A DNA stretch of 64,000 bases from Podarcis erhardii (taxonomy: Eukaryota), in NCBI GenBank assembly GCA_964252035.1, contig OZ176211.1, one strand, 5' to 3'. The notes under the pieces are model-generated. The model had not been told where the DNA came from, ran no database searches, and worked only from the letters and a program-made list of their open reading frames with translations. The position numbers and the translations under genes were made by a program. Each line of letters starts with the position of its first letter. Position 1 is the first letter of the stretch. This document shows, piece after piece, positions 1 to 11,618 of this stretch.

Positions 1-90
1 CAGTTCCCTTGGCCAATAAAGCGAAATGAGTGCCGCAACCCCAGAGTCAGTCATGACTGGACCTAATGGTCAGGGGTCCCTTTACCTTTA
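1..90 (+). mobile_element. Sauria SINE, 3' end (cut by window edge)
   Basis: Nearly identical to the 3' ends of the copies at 19515 and 44885; ends ggggtccctttacctttaa. Confidence 0.9.
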
Positions 91-1599
91 AAAGATAAGG
101 GCTCTGGGACCTGCTGTCGTAAAAGAGGGCCCACAAAAGGGCACTTTTCCAGGATTCCCTAAAATCTGAAGCCAGCCCTTTTCTCACATCCTGTTTTGCT
201 GGGCATGTAGAAAATGGATACAGCTGTTTTGACTGTCAGCAGACACTCATTCCCACTTTGAGCAATGAAGGATCAAGTGTCCTTTGCAGCAAATGCCACC
301 ACCTGCATAATTTAGAAACACAGGTGTGGCGGGGAGAGAGAGATGGTACAGGAAGCCAAGCTTTGTCACAATGCCTCTAGTTGGCGATCCATTTCTAGAT
401 AGTACTCATTATTTCTAATCTTATTTAAATTTTCATTTATTTATTTTTTGGATTCCATCTCATGTGATATACACAATATGTGGGCAACTCCTTTGCTTTG
501 GTCCCATAGTTCAGGAAGCCAATTTTTCCAGAGCAGCAACACCTTTACAGCATTTTCATTTATCAAGTTTGATAGCTAAAACATGCATTTAGATTCACTT
601 CTTTAATCTAATTTACTTGCTTGTAAGATTCGTTAGACTACATGTTTTTAAATGAGTGTACTAATAATTAAGGTCTCATGCTGACAATAGAATTATAAGC
701 AAATTTGCCAACAAATTGTAGTTCACCATTACTACTTCCTATTAGCAACCTGTGATTGCAAAGTTTGGTTATTATTTACTTAATTGCAAGAGCCCATATT
801 AACTTTAATAGAATGACTATTGGAAAAATAGATATGGCTCTTTTACTTAGAACCTTCCTCATAAACTGTTAAATGGCTACAAAACTTTGTATTTACTATG
901 TAGAACACAAATGGCAATTTCAAATAGAGTTTTCCAGAAAGGAACTATCCCCCCCCCAAAAAAAAATAGTGGTAGATGAATATATATGATGCTAAGGTTT
1001 TCCAAAAGTTTAGCCCTTGAAAAATTGAGCAATTATCCAATAAGCCTTGGAAGATGATATATTAAAATATTTCAAAGACCTCATTATAATGATTTTTTTT
1101 TAAAAAAATGCAGTTGTGTGTATTTTTTCATACAACATTTTTAAATGCATCACTGTGGAAATTTGGATGTATTTGTTTTCTTTTTAAAGACATTTAGCAT
1201 GCACTAGTGATGGTGATTCACTGCCTTTTGTTTGGTATTTAAAACAGCGGCCGGATGATTGAGTGTAAAGGAAGGGTCTGGATGGAGATCATCTGTGAGG
1301 AATTCCTTGGTGTGGGAGATGAGCCATTATAGTGATATCTCTTGTGACAATCCCAGCAGTAAGAACACTGATCCATGCAGCTATAACCTCTGGCAAGAAG
1401 TCTGGAAGTTGCAACAAATTGGATTTGAAAGCAAGATTGTTTTATCATACCATCTCATAATCATTTTTACCATTGGCTGTCGTCTTTGTGTACTACATAG
1501 TGCCTAACAGCTATTTCCTGTTCCTCTATCATTTTTTACATGAAATTGTTTTTTATCGTACTTAACAGTTTAGTAGGAGATTGCAGCAGATAAGACTTC

Positions 1600-1850
1600 T
1601 TTCTTTTTTCTTCTTTTGGTGATCACTTGTAGTCGAGTAAGATTGTCTTCCATGGAAACAAACTTAACAGTGAGTCCATAAGTGACTGTGGAGGCCAATT
1701 CTGGATCCACACATCCTTCCACAGTGGGGACATAGGTTTCCATGCAGGAGTTGATCATAGTGAGATTCGCCGAATGTGCCTTCCTCTTAGCTTGTTTCTC
1801 CTTTTTGCCCTGAGTTCGTGCTTCTTCAGAGTCCACAACACCTTGGTATC
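1600..1850 (-). mobile_element. RTE-clade LINE 3' end (ORF2 C-terminus with C2H2 zinc finger, frameshifted)
   Basis: Minus strand reads DSEEARTQGKKEKQAKRKAHSANL, then after a frameshift HGNLCPHCGRMCGSRIGLHSHLWTHC* (stop 1664-1666). This is the typical RTE ORF2 end, followed by a GAA/A-rich tail. Confidence 0.85.
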
Positions 1851-1948
1851 CACACCACAACATAGTTTACATTAAAAACTTTTGTGTTGAGTTGGTATCT
1901 TCTCATTCCAGGGATCAGATTGGTAACTTCTGATGTCTGCCTACTAAT

Positions 1949-2265
1949 CAGGGCTGTCTTAAGCATATGTGACACTGGGGTGCAAAGATCTGCCTGGCGC
2001 TCTCCCCCCCCCCCCCGTTGCCCTGTCCCAGGTGCGCAGGAGGGCAGAGCTGGCTGGCCGGCTGCCTCAGTGCCTTGCTGGCTCGGTTGCTCCCGAACTT
2101 GCAGCACAGAGCCTCCCGCAGCAGAAGAGCCTGCCACAGTGCTTTGGCCGTCGGGTGGGCTCTTCCCCAGAGTCAACTCTCAGGCCCCAGACTCGGCCTG
2201 GCGCCCCCGAGAGCCCGGTGCCCTGGTGCCCCACACCCCTAGCGCCTATGGGTAAGATAGCTCTG
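1949..2265. mobile_element. hAT-type MITE (317 bp)
   Basis: Imperfect TIRs cagggctgtcttaagcat / atgggtaagatagctctg; perfect 8-bp TSD ctactaat (1941-1948, 2266-2273); GC-rich interior. Confidence 0.85.
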
Positions 2266-3446
2266 CTACTAATTCAAGATTATTCAAGGGTTGAATACAG
2301 AAGGATAAAGAGACACCAATATATGTAACTCAAGTAGCAATAATAGTCATTTATAGTCTGCTTTTCTGAATGTCCACAGTGTAGCCTGATCATAAAGGTA
2401 CAGCTGTCTACCAGTTTTTAAAAGCAGGTAACCAAAAATATATTATATAACCAACAGATTAAACCAAGCAAAGACATTAACAGCAGATGGTGAATGTTGT
2501 ATAAAGCTTCAATTCTTATTTGAGACTGAGGGGAGATTACAATGAATTTTATTTTTATTAAGAAACATTTTCACATAGCACTAAAAATGTAGTTTGACTG
2601 TATAAGATTAGGTAGTACTAGGGAAGGTTAAGTGTTGCACTTGAAAATAAAAATAGACTAAATAGCATTTACATCTTTGCAAAAGATAGCAGGGGATTTC
2701 TGGATTGTTCCTATTGGTGTGTAGAAGGGAAGAGAACCTCAATTATTCTACTTATACCGTTCTTCCAGTTAAAAGTTACTTCCTAAAATTGCTTGCACAA
2801 ATAGTTAACAAGTGAATATAATTCTAAGTGCATTATAATTAACTCTCCCTAGAGAGTGCACAATTTTTTGTGATTATTGTAGCTGACTTTAAAAAATATC
2901 TTCTCTAAATCCTGAAGACGCACTTGCATTGTTAAATTCTGGCAGCAATTAAATTTATCTCTAGCTTTTCACTAAACATATCTTTGGTAAAGGATGAAAG
3001 TGATTATGTGGTTCAGTGGTTTGAAAACTCCTTTGGGTATGTTTGGAGAGTCTTGCATATTTTGCATCCTCTGCCTTGAAAAGTTTATATGCACCAAATA
3101 GCTGCAGAAGCTTTGTCATATTTAGCTACCAGAAGTTACTAGCTGAGCAGCTACTTCCTTAAGAGTTAACTTGATTAGCAGATTGAAGTAACAAGTACTT
3201 CAGCAAGATGTCTGCAAACTGCATTCATTAAAATATATGTAATTTTGCTAAATGCATCTAAAATACTTTAGCATAAGTGGAGCATATGCAAATTTGGCCA
3301 GCTTGCATTGTATAATTAGGATTGGCACCTCAGAATTCAATAAGTCTGAAATGGACTTCAAATGGTAAATATTAGAGGCCTCCTTGATTATGGGTTGCCC
3401 AGAAATATATATTAGTCTTCTTTATGTACTGTGCCCTCTGCAAATG

Positions 3447-3495
<49 letters not shown>
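3447..3495. repeat. (TAA)n microsatellite
   Basis: Direct reading. Confidence 0.98.
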
Positions 3496-4122
3496 GAATC
3501 TGCTAAGAGGAAATTTATCTTTTTATAGCCCGAACAACAGTATCCATACACAAATGAGAAAACCCACATATTTGAAGAAGTACTATAGAAACATTAAAGA
3601 TGTTTTATGCAGCAAGCAATGTCAAAGCAGAAAAATGTGACGAGAGAAGGTCCATAAAATCACAGGTTAGTAAAGCAAGCAGAAAAAGTAGGAATAAAGA
3701 ATAAAGCCTTCAGAGTGCAGTAATGGGCATATCACAATAGATGAGAAAAGGTATTGGAACAATGTATAAGGTTACTGCAGATGAGGTCAGGAGTTTCACT
3801 TAGAGATTAGGATGGTGTGTGTTAGGAAAATTAGAGCACATAGCAGCATGGCACCAAGTTAAAAATGGAAAATAGTAATAGATGGCAGAGACAACTGGCA
3901 GAGATGATCTTAGTGATAGAAAAGCGGGGGAAACTGGCATATGGGAAATCGTAGAATTGTGGATAGATGAAGATAAGTCATCTCAAGTTTAGTCCTATGT
4001 AGCTTAGTCACCCCTAAACATGTTGATGTTTCTTGGTTCTGTATGAATGGGCAACTACAGCATGGGACCATCTCAAACTCTAGCTTAAGAAGAACTTAAG
4101 ACATTCCTTTCCCTTTTCTCAG

Positions 4123-4154
4123 GAAGATTTTTATGTGAATATTCAGTGGGTCAA
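4123..4154 (+). CDS. Candidate internal exon of unidentified gene (EDFYVNIQWV or RFLCEYSVGQ)
   Basis: Pyrimidine tract ttcctttcccttttctcAG, then 32 nt, then GTGAGT; two frames are open. Confidence 0.4.
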
Positions 4155-5340
4155 GTGAGTGGTTGCCTATATTTTCTCCCAATAAGGTTCCATACAAGGG
4201 TGCAGAACAATGCACAATGTTGTTGAAGTGTTGCGTTATCCTAGGTCTGGACCACTATCATAGGGCTATTTTTGCAAACACACTTTAGTTTTTTGTGTGG
4301 AATACAAAATTCATCCAACAGCTTAAGTGGAAATGTATTTAAGATTGTGCTAATCAGTAGAGAGACACATAATAAAAAAGAAAGGTCTGAGTTCTCAGAT
4401 TCATTTCATAGATATAACCTACGTTATATCTGGATACAACTGTGGGCACAGCCCATCTTAAAGCATTTCCAGTGACTTTAGCAGAGGAGCACTCCGCATA
4501 ATTTTCAGTGCCTGTAATTTACAAAGAGTGAAGAATTTCTGAGCTTTTGAAGCCGCACTAGTTTTGACCTTTCAGTTCCTGTGAGCTCAGCAAAAGGTTG
4601 CTGATTAATTTTGCCCCTTAAACTGTGGTAGCTGGGTTCTTCATTCCTTTTTTAATAAACAGGCCCAATTTTAATGCTGCTGACTTAGATGTAATAAAAT
4701 ATTCTTTGTGCTAGGCTTCCACTGTATTAATAAAAGGATCTGTATTAGCAGTTTACAACTAAATGGCATTGGAACATTCAGCTAGCTTGCATTAAATCAA
4801 TTTTATAGGACGACTGCTTTGTCTTGTCTCACACCTGGTATTTTTCAACCTTATAGGACAAACCTGTTTCTAAATAAGCATAGAAAGAAGGGTGTAAGTA
4901 ACACGTTTTGGAAGACCTTTCCACAGAAAGATCATTTACTTCCAATGCTTGTTTTTATTCTTAATACTGTAAATAAGTGTGACAACCAGAGTAATAATAA
5001 AGCTGTTACCTGGTGTGGAGATCAATTTACAGCAGGACAGTAGTAGTCTTTTCTTCTTAATGAGGCATAGTCAAAATGTGCAACAATAAATTGAGTGACA
5101 AGTGCTGGCATGCGAGCAGTGGCTGAAAAGGATGAACCGAAGTCCTACAGACAGTTGCACAACTTTGGCATATCTGTTTGCTATATGGTTGCAATGTCTA
5201 CTTATACTATGTCATTGCCACATGTCAGTTTATCATACCTCATGTGCAGGCTCATACAAAACTCCTTATGTGTGGCTTGAAGAAGCATCCACAACAAATC
5301 GGAGATCTGTGGCTTCAAGTTTGGTTGCATATGCAGGTCA

Positions 5341-5680
5341 TTAGGTCTTCATCAGAGGCTCTCTTCAGAGCACTTCTTCCAGTAGAAATACAGAGGGTGG
5401 CTGCAGGACAGAGGACCATTTTCAGTAGCCCATTACGGAATACTTTCCCCAATGAAGTAAGCCCTCTTTCTGGCACCAGATCATGATTTTTCTTTACCCC
5501 CAGGCATTTAATTGTGGATGTTTTCTTGTCTGCTTCTTGCTGTTTGCTAGTTTTTTTTTAATGGTGGGTTGTACTGTAGTCATGTGAAGGGTTGTAAATT
5601 TTAACTTTCTATATATTTATGTATGACTATTCTTAGTTAGTTTGACTTTTTGTTGTATGTATTTTGTATGCCTTTGTTGT
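5341..5680 (+). mobile_element. Degraded L2 LINE 3' end
   Basis: Translates RSSSEALFRALLPVEIQRVAAGQRTIFS, similar to the L2 C-terminus at 55397-55687; runs into a microsatellite tail. Confidence 0.6.
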
Positions 5681-5681
5681 A

Positions 5682-5719
5682 TTGTTGTTGTTGTTGTTGT
5701 AGTAGTAGTAGTAGTAGTA

Positions 5720-5751
<32 letters not shown>
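5682..5751. repeat. Compound microsatellite (TTG)n(TAG)n(TAA)n
   Basis: Direct reading; lies between two convergent L2 3' ends. Confidence 0.95.
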
Positions 5752-6065
5752 TTATTTGTACCCTGCCCATCTGGCTGGGTTTCCCCAGCCACTCTGGGCG
5801 GCTTCCAACAAAGATTAAAAATACATTAAAATATCACACATTAAAAACTTCCCTGAACAGGGCTGCCTTCAGATGTCAGGTAGTTGTTTATCTCTTTGAC
5901 ATCTGATGGGAGGGCATTTCACAGGACGGGCGCCACTACCGAGAAGGCCCTCTGGCTGGTTCCCTGTAGCTTTACTTCTTGCAGTGAGGGAACCGCCAGA
6001 AGGCGCTGGACCTCAGCGTCCGGGCAGAATGATGGGGGTGGAGACACTCCTTCAGGTATACTGGG
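5751..6065 (-). mobile_element. L2 LINE 3' end
   Basis: Highly similar to 34516-34855 (cccatctggctg...ccactctgggcggct...aaaacttccct.aacagggctg.cttcagatgtc). Confidence 0.85.
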
Positions 6066-6219
6066 TATACAGGTATATATTTGTCTCAAAAACCTTGTGG
6101 TGTATGGTTATGAATGTATAAAGGAATAAGCATCATCATCATCATCATCATTGTACTATCCATGGTAGACTAAAGCCAAACCTACAGTAAGTGTACTTAC
6201 TCAGATGTGTGGAGGAATA

Positions 6220-6510
6220 TAGCTTGCTGCCATTGGTTCATCCATCACAGTATGGTCTACAGCAGGCATGGCCAAACTCAGCCCTCCAGATGTTTTGGGA
6301 CCACAATTCCCATCATCCCTGACCACTGGTCCTGTTAGCTAGGGATGATGGGAGTTGTAGTCCCAAAACAGCTAGAGGGCTGAGTTTGGCCATGCCTGGT
6401 CTACAGAGATGGCAGCAGTTTTTCACAGTTTCAGAGAGGATTTTTTCACAGCCCTACCTAGAGATACGAAGGATTAAACCTGTGACCTTTTGCATGCAAA
6501 GTGATAGACT
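6220..6510 (-). mobile_element. Degraded tRNA-derived SINE (Squam3-like), split by a MITE
   Basis: Similar to 55824-56014 (cagccctac.t.gagat...ggatt.aa.ctg.gac.tttt.catgcaaa). Confidence 0.5.
6263..6398. mobile_element. hAT-type MITE (136 bp)
   Basis: Perfect 24-bp TIRs caggcatggccaaactcagccctc; perfect TSD gtctacag (6255-6262, 6399-6406). Confidence 0.92.
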
Positions 6511-8145
6511 TTTCCTTGAAATCAATCATACAGTGATAGTTGAAAAATTGATTGGCTTCACATGATCAACACATGTTTGAACACTGCGTGTCTAGCAGAT
6601 ATCTGGAGACTTGCCCTTTTAATGCTATAGTGGAACTTTCCCAGGGGTAATTCAATGATTAACTTGCATATCTCTTCCAGTCAGTTTTCTCTTTGGACAT
6701 TACTGTGGAACTACAAAAAGTATAAATGTAAAGCATTTATGTACCTGCTGATTATTTCTTCCAAAACCTGAAGCCTCTGTCAATCTAGTTAAAAAAAACT
6801 TTTTCCACAAAAAAATTATACCATTTGATATTAAGGGGGGGGGATCTCAAAGCGGTTTACAAATTTTAGTACTAACTGCTTCTTTTTTGTTCCACATATC
6901 TTAATAGAAGGAAGTCCAAATAGACCAGTGATTCCTTATATTCATCTGAACAATTTTGTAATAGTATACAGTAGAAAAGGATTCTCATGAATGTCCTTCA
7001 AAAATTATGTCAGGAACTGGGAGCAATGGAGTAGGCTGTAAAATGAACTTTTAGAATATTTTAAACTGAGATAACTAGTGCTAAAAAAAAGTGGTAGCTC
7101 TTTTTCCATTATCCTTCCACTTTATAAGAAATGGTTTCATGCCATTTCTTTCAAGAAAGGACTTTTTTCCATTATGTGATTCTAAAAACGAACTACTGTC
7201 TTCAGCTTTGCTGTTTTTAAAAGTCTTTGTTAGTAACTTTGGTTCCCAATTCATTACTGCAGTCAAGTAGTTCAGAGCCTGGTGCAGGAGATAAACCCTT
7301 TGCAAATGAAGACAGCATCCATTTTCCTTATACCTCAGGCCACACTGAATTGATTGTGGTAATAAAATGACAGCACCTTGTAATATACTGACGGCTTTTT
7401 AATTTGAAAACTAGCTCGAGCCTGATTCAAAGCTTGTTTAAAGCTAATTTATGGCTTGCGTAATTTTCAGCCGAATCCAGGGTAAAGGATGATGTATGAA
7501 AACTGATAAGAGTTAACATAATATATTCAAATGTATCATGTTGCAGAGAGAGAAATTTCCTTTTTTCAAAAGCATCAATTTTTTTTTTAAAAAAAGTATG
7601 TTTTTGTGCTATGTACAAATATGAATGTAAACAGTAATTGGAAATTTCATAACGTTTATTTTATATGTATCGTTTTTATGTTTGTAAGACCTATACTTGT
7701 GGTGTACATATACATTATTCCTTAAAGAATCATGATTGCACCATCAAAACTGACAAAAGTTTAGTGCTTTCTTATTGTCATAGTCATTAGAAATGGTGGA
7801 GGACTAGCACACTTAGAGATACACCAGGCAATGTCTCCTGCCACTCCCCCATTTTCTGCTCCTTACTATTTGTGTCCCTTTGTGTGTTTGTGGGACCTTT
7901 ATATGGGTTGGTGGGTAGATGGTGGTGTCTATGAATGTCAATATATTGGTCACAGTATAGTGACTCTTTGTTATGTAATAGTGTTGACTTGATATTGAAT
8001 AAAACTTACAAATTTAAAAATGCCCCGGACGCACCAAAACGAACAAACAAATAACTTCAGAGTTATCATACATCCTTAGGTTTGGGCTCACCTGTATTGT
8101 CTTTTAATGGACCCCTCAGAGCCTACTTACTAAGTTTTCTTGCTA

Positions 8146-8436
8146 TGAGTCCCGTTGCTCTTTCCCAGCTCCTGCCAACCTAGCAGTTCGAAAGCATGCC
8201 AGTGCAAGTAGATAAATAGGTACTACTGTGGCAGGAAGTAAATGGTGTTTCTGTGTACTCTGGTTTCCGTCACTGTGTTCCATCGTGCTAGAAGCAGTTT
8301 AGTCATGCTGGCCACATGACCCGGAAAGCTGTCTGTGGACAAATGCTGGCTCCCTCAGCCTGAAAGTGAGAGGAGCGCCGCAACCCCATAGTCACCTTTC
8401 ACTGGACAACCATCCAGGGATCCTTTACCTTTTTAC
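8146..8436 (+). mobile_element. 5'-truncated, diverged Sauria SINE
   Basis: Contains ctcctgccaacctagcagttcgaaagc and catgctggccacatgacccggaagct; tail tcctttaccttttta. Confidence 0.9.
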
Positions 8437-9203
8437 TGTGACCTGAATAGAGGTGAAAGGAGTATTGTAGCATGCTATTACTCTTTTTTTCCAGATGCAG
8501 TTACCTTGAGAGCTTTACGGTTTAATATTACTTAGCACTTCATACATCCAGATTTTATTTTCTGCCTGCAGACCATTCAGGATTAATTTCACATTTGTTG
8601 TCTTCCATTGAGCATCAGCACTTCTCTGTGATATGTATCTGAGAATTCATTCGATCAACTTGCATGGAGGCTTTTCTATTCCCTTTTTCCGTTGCATTCC
8701 TGTCCCTCCTAGAAAAGTAGCTTCTGAAGCTCCAAGGACGCTGTGTGGTGAAATTCAATGATATATGGGGGTGCAGCCAGAAGGGGAAAGGTAGCAAACC
8801 CGAAGTCTTGGGTGAGGTGGAGTGGAGGAGCATTTTTGCATGCACACAGAATCTTCCGCTTACTTTTGGTTAGCAGCCACCAGTGTAGGCATTTGACACT
8901 CTTAAAAAGTTGCTAGTTATATGGTTTCTAGCTAGCAAACATTTTCAGGCCATAAAAGTAGTCCATAGAGTTAACAATATTCTGTATGGCATAATCACCA
9001 AGAATAAATTTACATAGCTGTATTCCACTTGTTTTTTGTGTGCCTTGTTCCGTACTGGGTGGCGTCCAAGGAATGCAGGTCTGCACTGGAAACAAGGCCT
9101 GCAGAGGTTGTTAGACGCAGGAGAAGAGAGGCTGCAGGAACTCAAAAGTGGTAGCCTGAACTCAAATAGGGGATGTTAAGATGAGATCCAATTTACTTTG
9201 AGT

Positions 9204-9350
9204 AAAGGCCGTAGGACAGTGGTAGAGCAAATAAACTATATGCAAATGGTCTTTTTAGTACCTCACCTCTCCAGGAAGGGCTGAGAAGGACTCCAGTCTG
9301 AAAAATCTGCTACCAGTCAGAGTAAACAGCATTGAACTGATAGACCAATT
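9204..9350 (+). mobile_element. Degraded tRNA-derived SINE (Squam3-like)
   Basis: A-box-like cagtggtagagca followed by ctccaggaagggctg.gaaggactcc.gtctgaaa, same family as 55824-56014. Confidence 0.5.
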
Positions 9351-10373
9351 TCCCCCGAAATATTTTCTACATTATTCTGTGTTGTTCCTGAGATGTAGAG
9401 GGGTGTGCAGTGCACTTGTTCCATTAGTGCAAGGATTTGCACTTGCACAACAGAACTTCTCTCCGCGTGTGCCTCATGCCCTTCTCAGATCTGCTCTGGA
9501 GGATTAGGAGAACATCTGTAGGGGTCATACAGGGGATGAGAAGGGTAGAATGTTCCACTGTGCTAACAAATCCTTGGAACATCTGCATAGCACTCTGGAT
9601 ACAACCCACAATTTTTTCTTGAAAGGTTAAAACTCTTATCCTGTAACAGCAATATCTTCTATTTACAAGATACACGGTAGCAGATATACAGTCTTCAGTA
9701 TGCTGCTCAGAAAATATGACTCTCTCTGTATGACTATGTAACATTACGTTGTTTAAGCAACAAAACAAATAGATTGAATAATTATGTAAGGGATATTTCC
9801 ATATACAAGTGAGAGTTTTGCCATGGAATGATGCAAATGAAAGTATTTGTATGGTACTAAAGCTATATATTTATGTTTATAAAATTGTCCTATACTTTTA
9901 GTAATGCTGGTTTAGCTCCATTGGCTGAAAGGAAGTTAGTGGGGTGGTTGATGCTCCCCCTGCCTTAGCTCCCAAGCATGTATGAAATCCATAAAAACAA
10001 GCATGAATGCTGGTGGTATAGTTGTATTCCATGTATAAATTTATGTATGTTCCATGAATGAGATTTACTATATTGGCTCTGTGCAGACAAAATTAGCATC
10101 CTAAAATGTGGTTGGGAAAGAAATGCAAAGGATTAATTGGATAATCCTACATTTTCCAATAGCTGACAAGACGTGTGGAACGAGAAAGTGTTTCTGACAG
10201 TGTTGGTGTTAGCAAGAAACAGATATCTGCAGATCCACAGGCAGCTGGATCTTCTTATGTGTGTGGATCATTCTGCTTCACTTTCATTTGAAGCCTAGTT
10301 TATGTGTGTCACAGTTTGGTCGAAAACAGTTGATTGAACAGCACTGTCATTAAAACCTGCCTTTTATTTTCAG

Positions 10374-10449
10374 AGTTGATTCTTTATGGGAAGGGGGAAA
10401 GCTCAGCAATGCATCACTTGATTTCTTTCTAATGAATGACTGCATGGAA
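10374..10449 (+). CDS. Candidate internal exon (VDSLWEGGKLSNASLDFFLMNDCME)
   Basis: Acceptor ccttttattttcAG; donor GAA|GTAAAG; phase 2 to 0; open, protein-like frame. Confidence 0.55.
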
Positions 10450-11504
10450 GTAAAGTGATTAATCTCATGTGCATAGCTTGCATTCTTTGTAATGGTATCT
10501 AAAACTTTGAAAGGACCAACACAACAAACAACCGCCTTGTCGCAGATTAATATTTTTGTTCCAGCTTTGAAGTCAACCAAGGAAGCAGAACTGTTAAAAC
10601 TCTCATTTTTCTTATGCACACTGCAGCTGGGTGTCTATAGCAACCAGTGAGCTGCAAGAGCATCCTACTAGCATTCTCTCACCCAGATAATTCCTACATT
10701 TCACTCTGCTTCCATTTAAGGGGCTGGGGGACTTCATATAAAACTCTAAAGTGTTGAAGTCTTGTACATTTCTTACAGGGCGCTTCTTTCTGAAGATCCT
10801 GTTTCTAGTAGAATATACTGGTATTGCAAACTTTGCATGAAGAAATTCAGGTCATAAATAAATGCAGAAACTATCAGGAGGCCATTAAAAGTCTTATAAT
10901 GGTAACTAGAAGTTATATTATACTTTTGAGCAGTAAATCTCAGAGGTTTCCAATTCCTTTACAATCATGGATCCTGTAGCAATAAATTGGCATAGTAGTA
11001 AAGTTCCCCTCAGTCCAGTTTTTTCCCCCTTGTGCCTTCAGTCTTAACATGGAGTGTTAGCCACAAGTACAACTTGAGTTCCTATCAAGTTTTATTTCTA
11101 TGGCCAATTCAGATTTTACTCAGAAACTCTAGAACAATTGGGGGGAATGGATTCTTCTTAATATCATTAAAGTAATATGCAACATTTAAATACCATGTTT
11201 TCTCAGTAATTCCTTGAAGTTACTTGTTGAACTATGTATTTGAGGTTCAGAGGGAAAATACCTAATAACTATATTCTAACTATACATACTGTATTCATGT
11301 TCCTTATACCACGGGGTGGGATGCAGAATTCCCATGTTTCATGCGTAATGCTTTGATTAAACAGTGGCTAAATGGTTTCAGTTTAACAGAAAGGGGGGAA
11401 ATGAAGCTTAGAATATATTTTCAAAATATAGAGATTTGTTGTGTCCATACCTTCAGTCACCTCAGCACACTACTGAGGAGTCTATTTGTCTCTGTTGCAC
11501 TCAG

Positions 11505-11618
11505 GACTCCGAGCCGTCAAATGAGGTGGTATCAGAGGCCTCAACTAATGTTGTACCCTCCACCTCAAGAAGTAGCTCTGAACAGCTGGTATCGGTGGCA
11601 CAGACATATCCAGAAGAG
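11505..11618 (+). CDS. Candidate internal exon (DSEPSNEVVSEASTNVVPSTSRSSSEQLVSVAQTYPEE)
   Basis: Acceptor tttgtctctgttgcactcAG; donor GAG|GTAGGA; 114 nt, phase 0-0, compatible with the exon at 10374. Confidence 0.6.

Noticed and set aside
1633-1669. Apparent + strand exon (AG...GTGAGT)
   Set aside because: Lies entirely on the antisense strand of an RTE LINE 3' end.
1826-2328. Cluster of overlapping GC-rich ORFs
   Set aside because: Produced by the GC-rich hAT MITE at 1949-2265.
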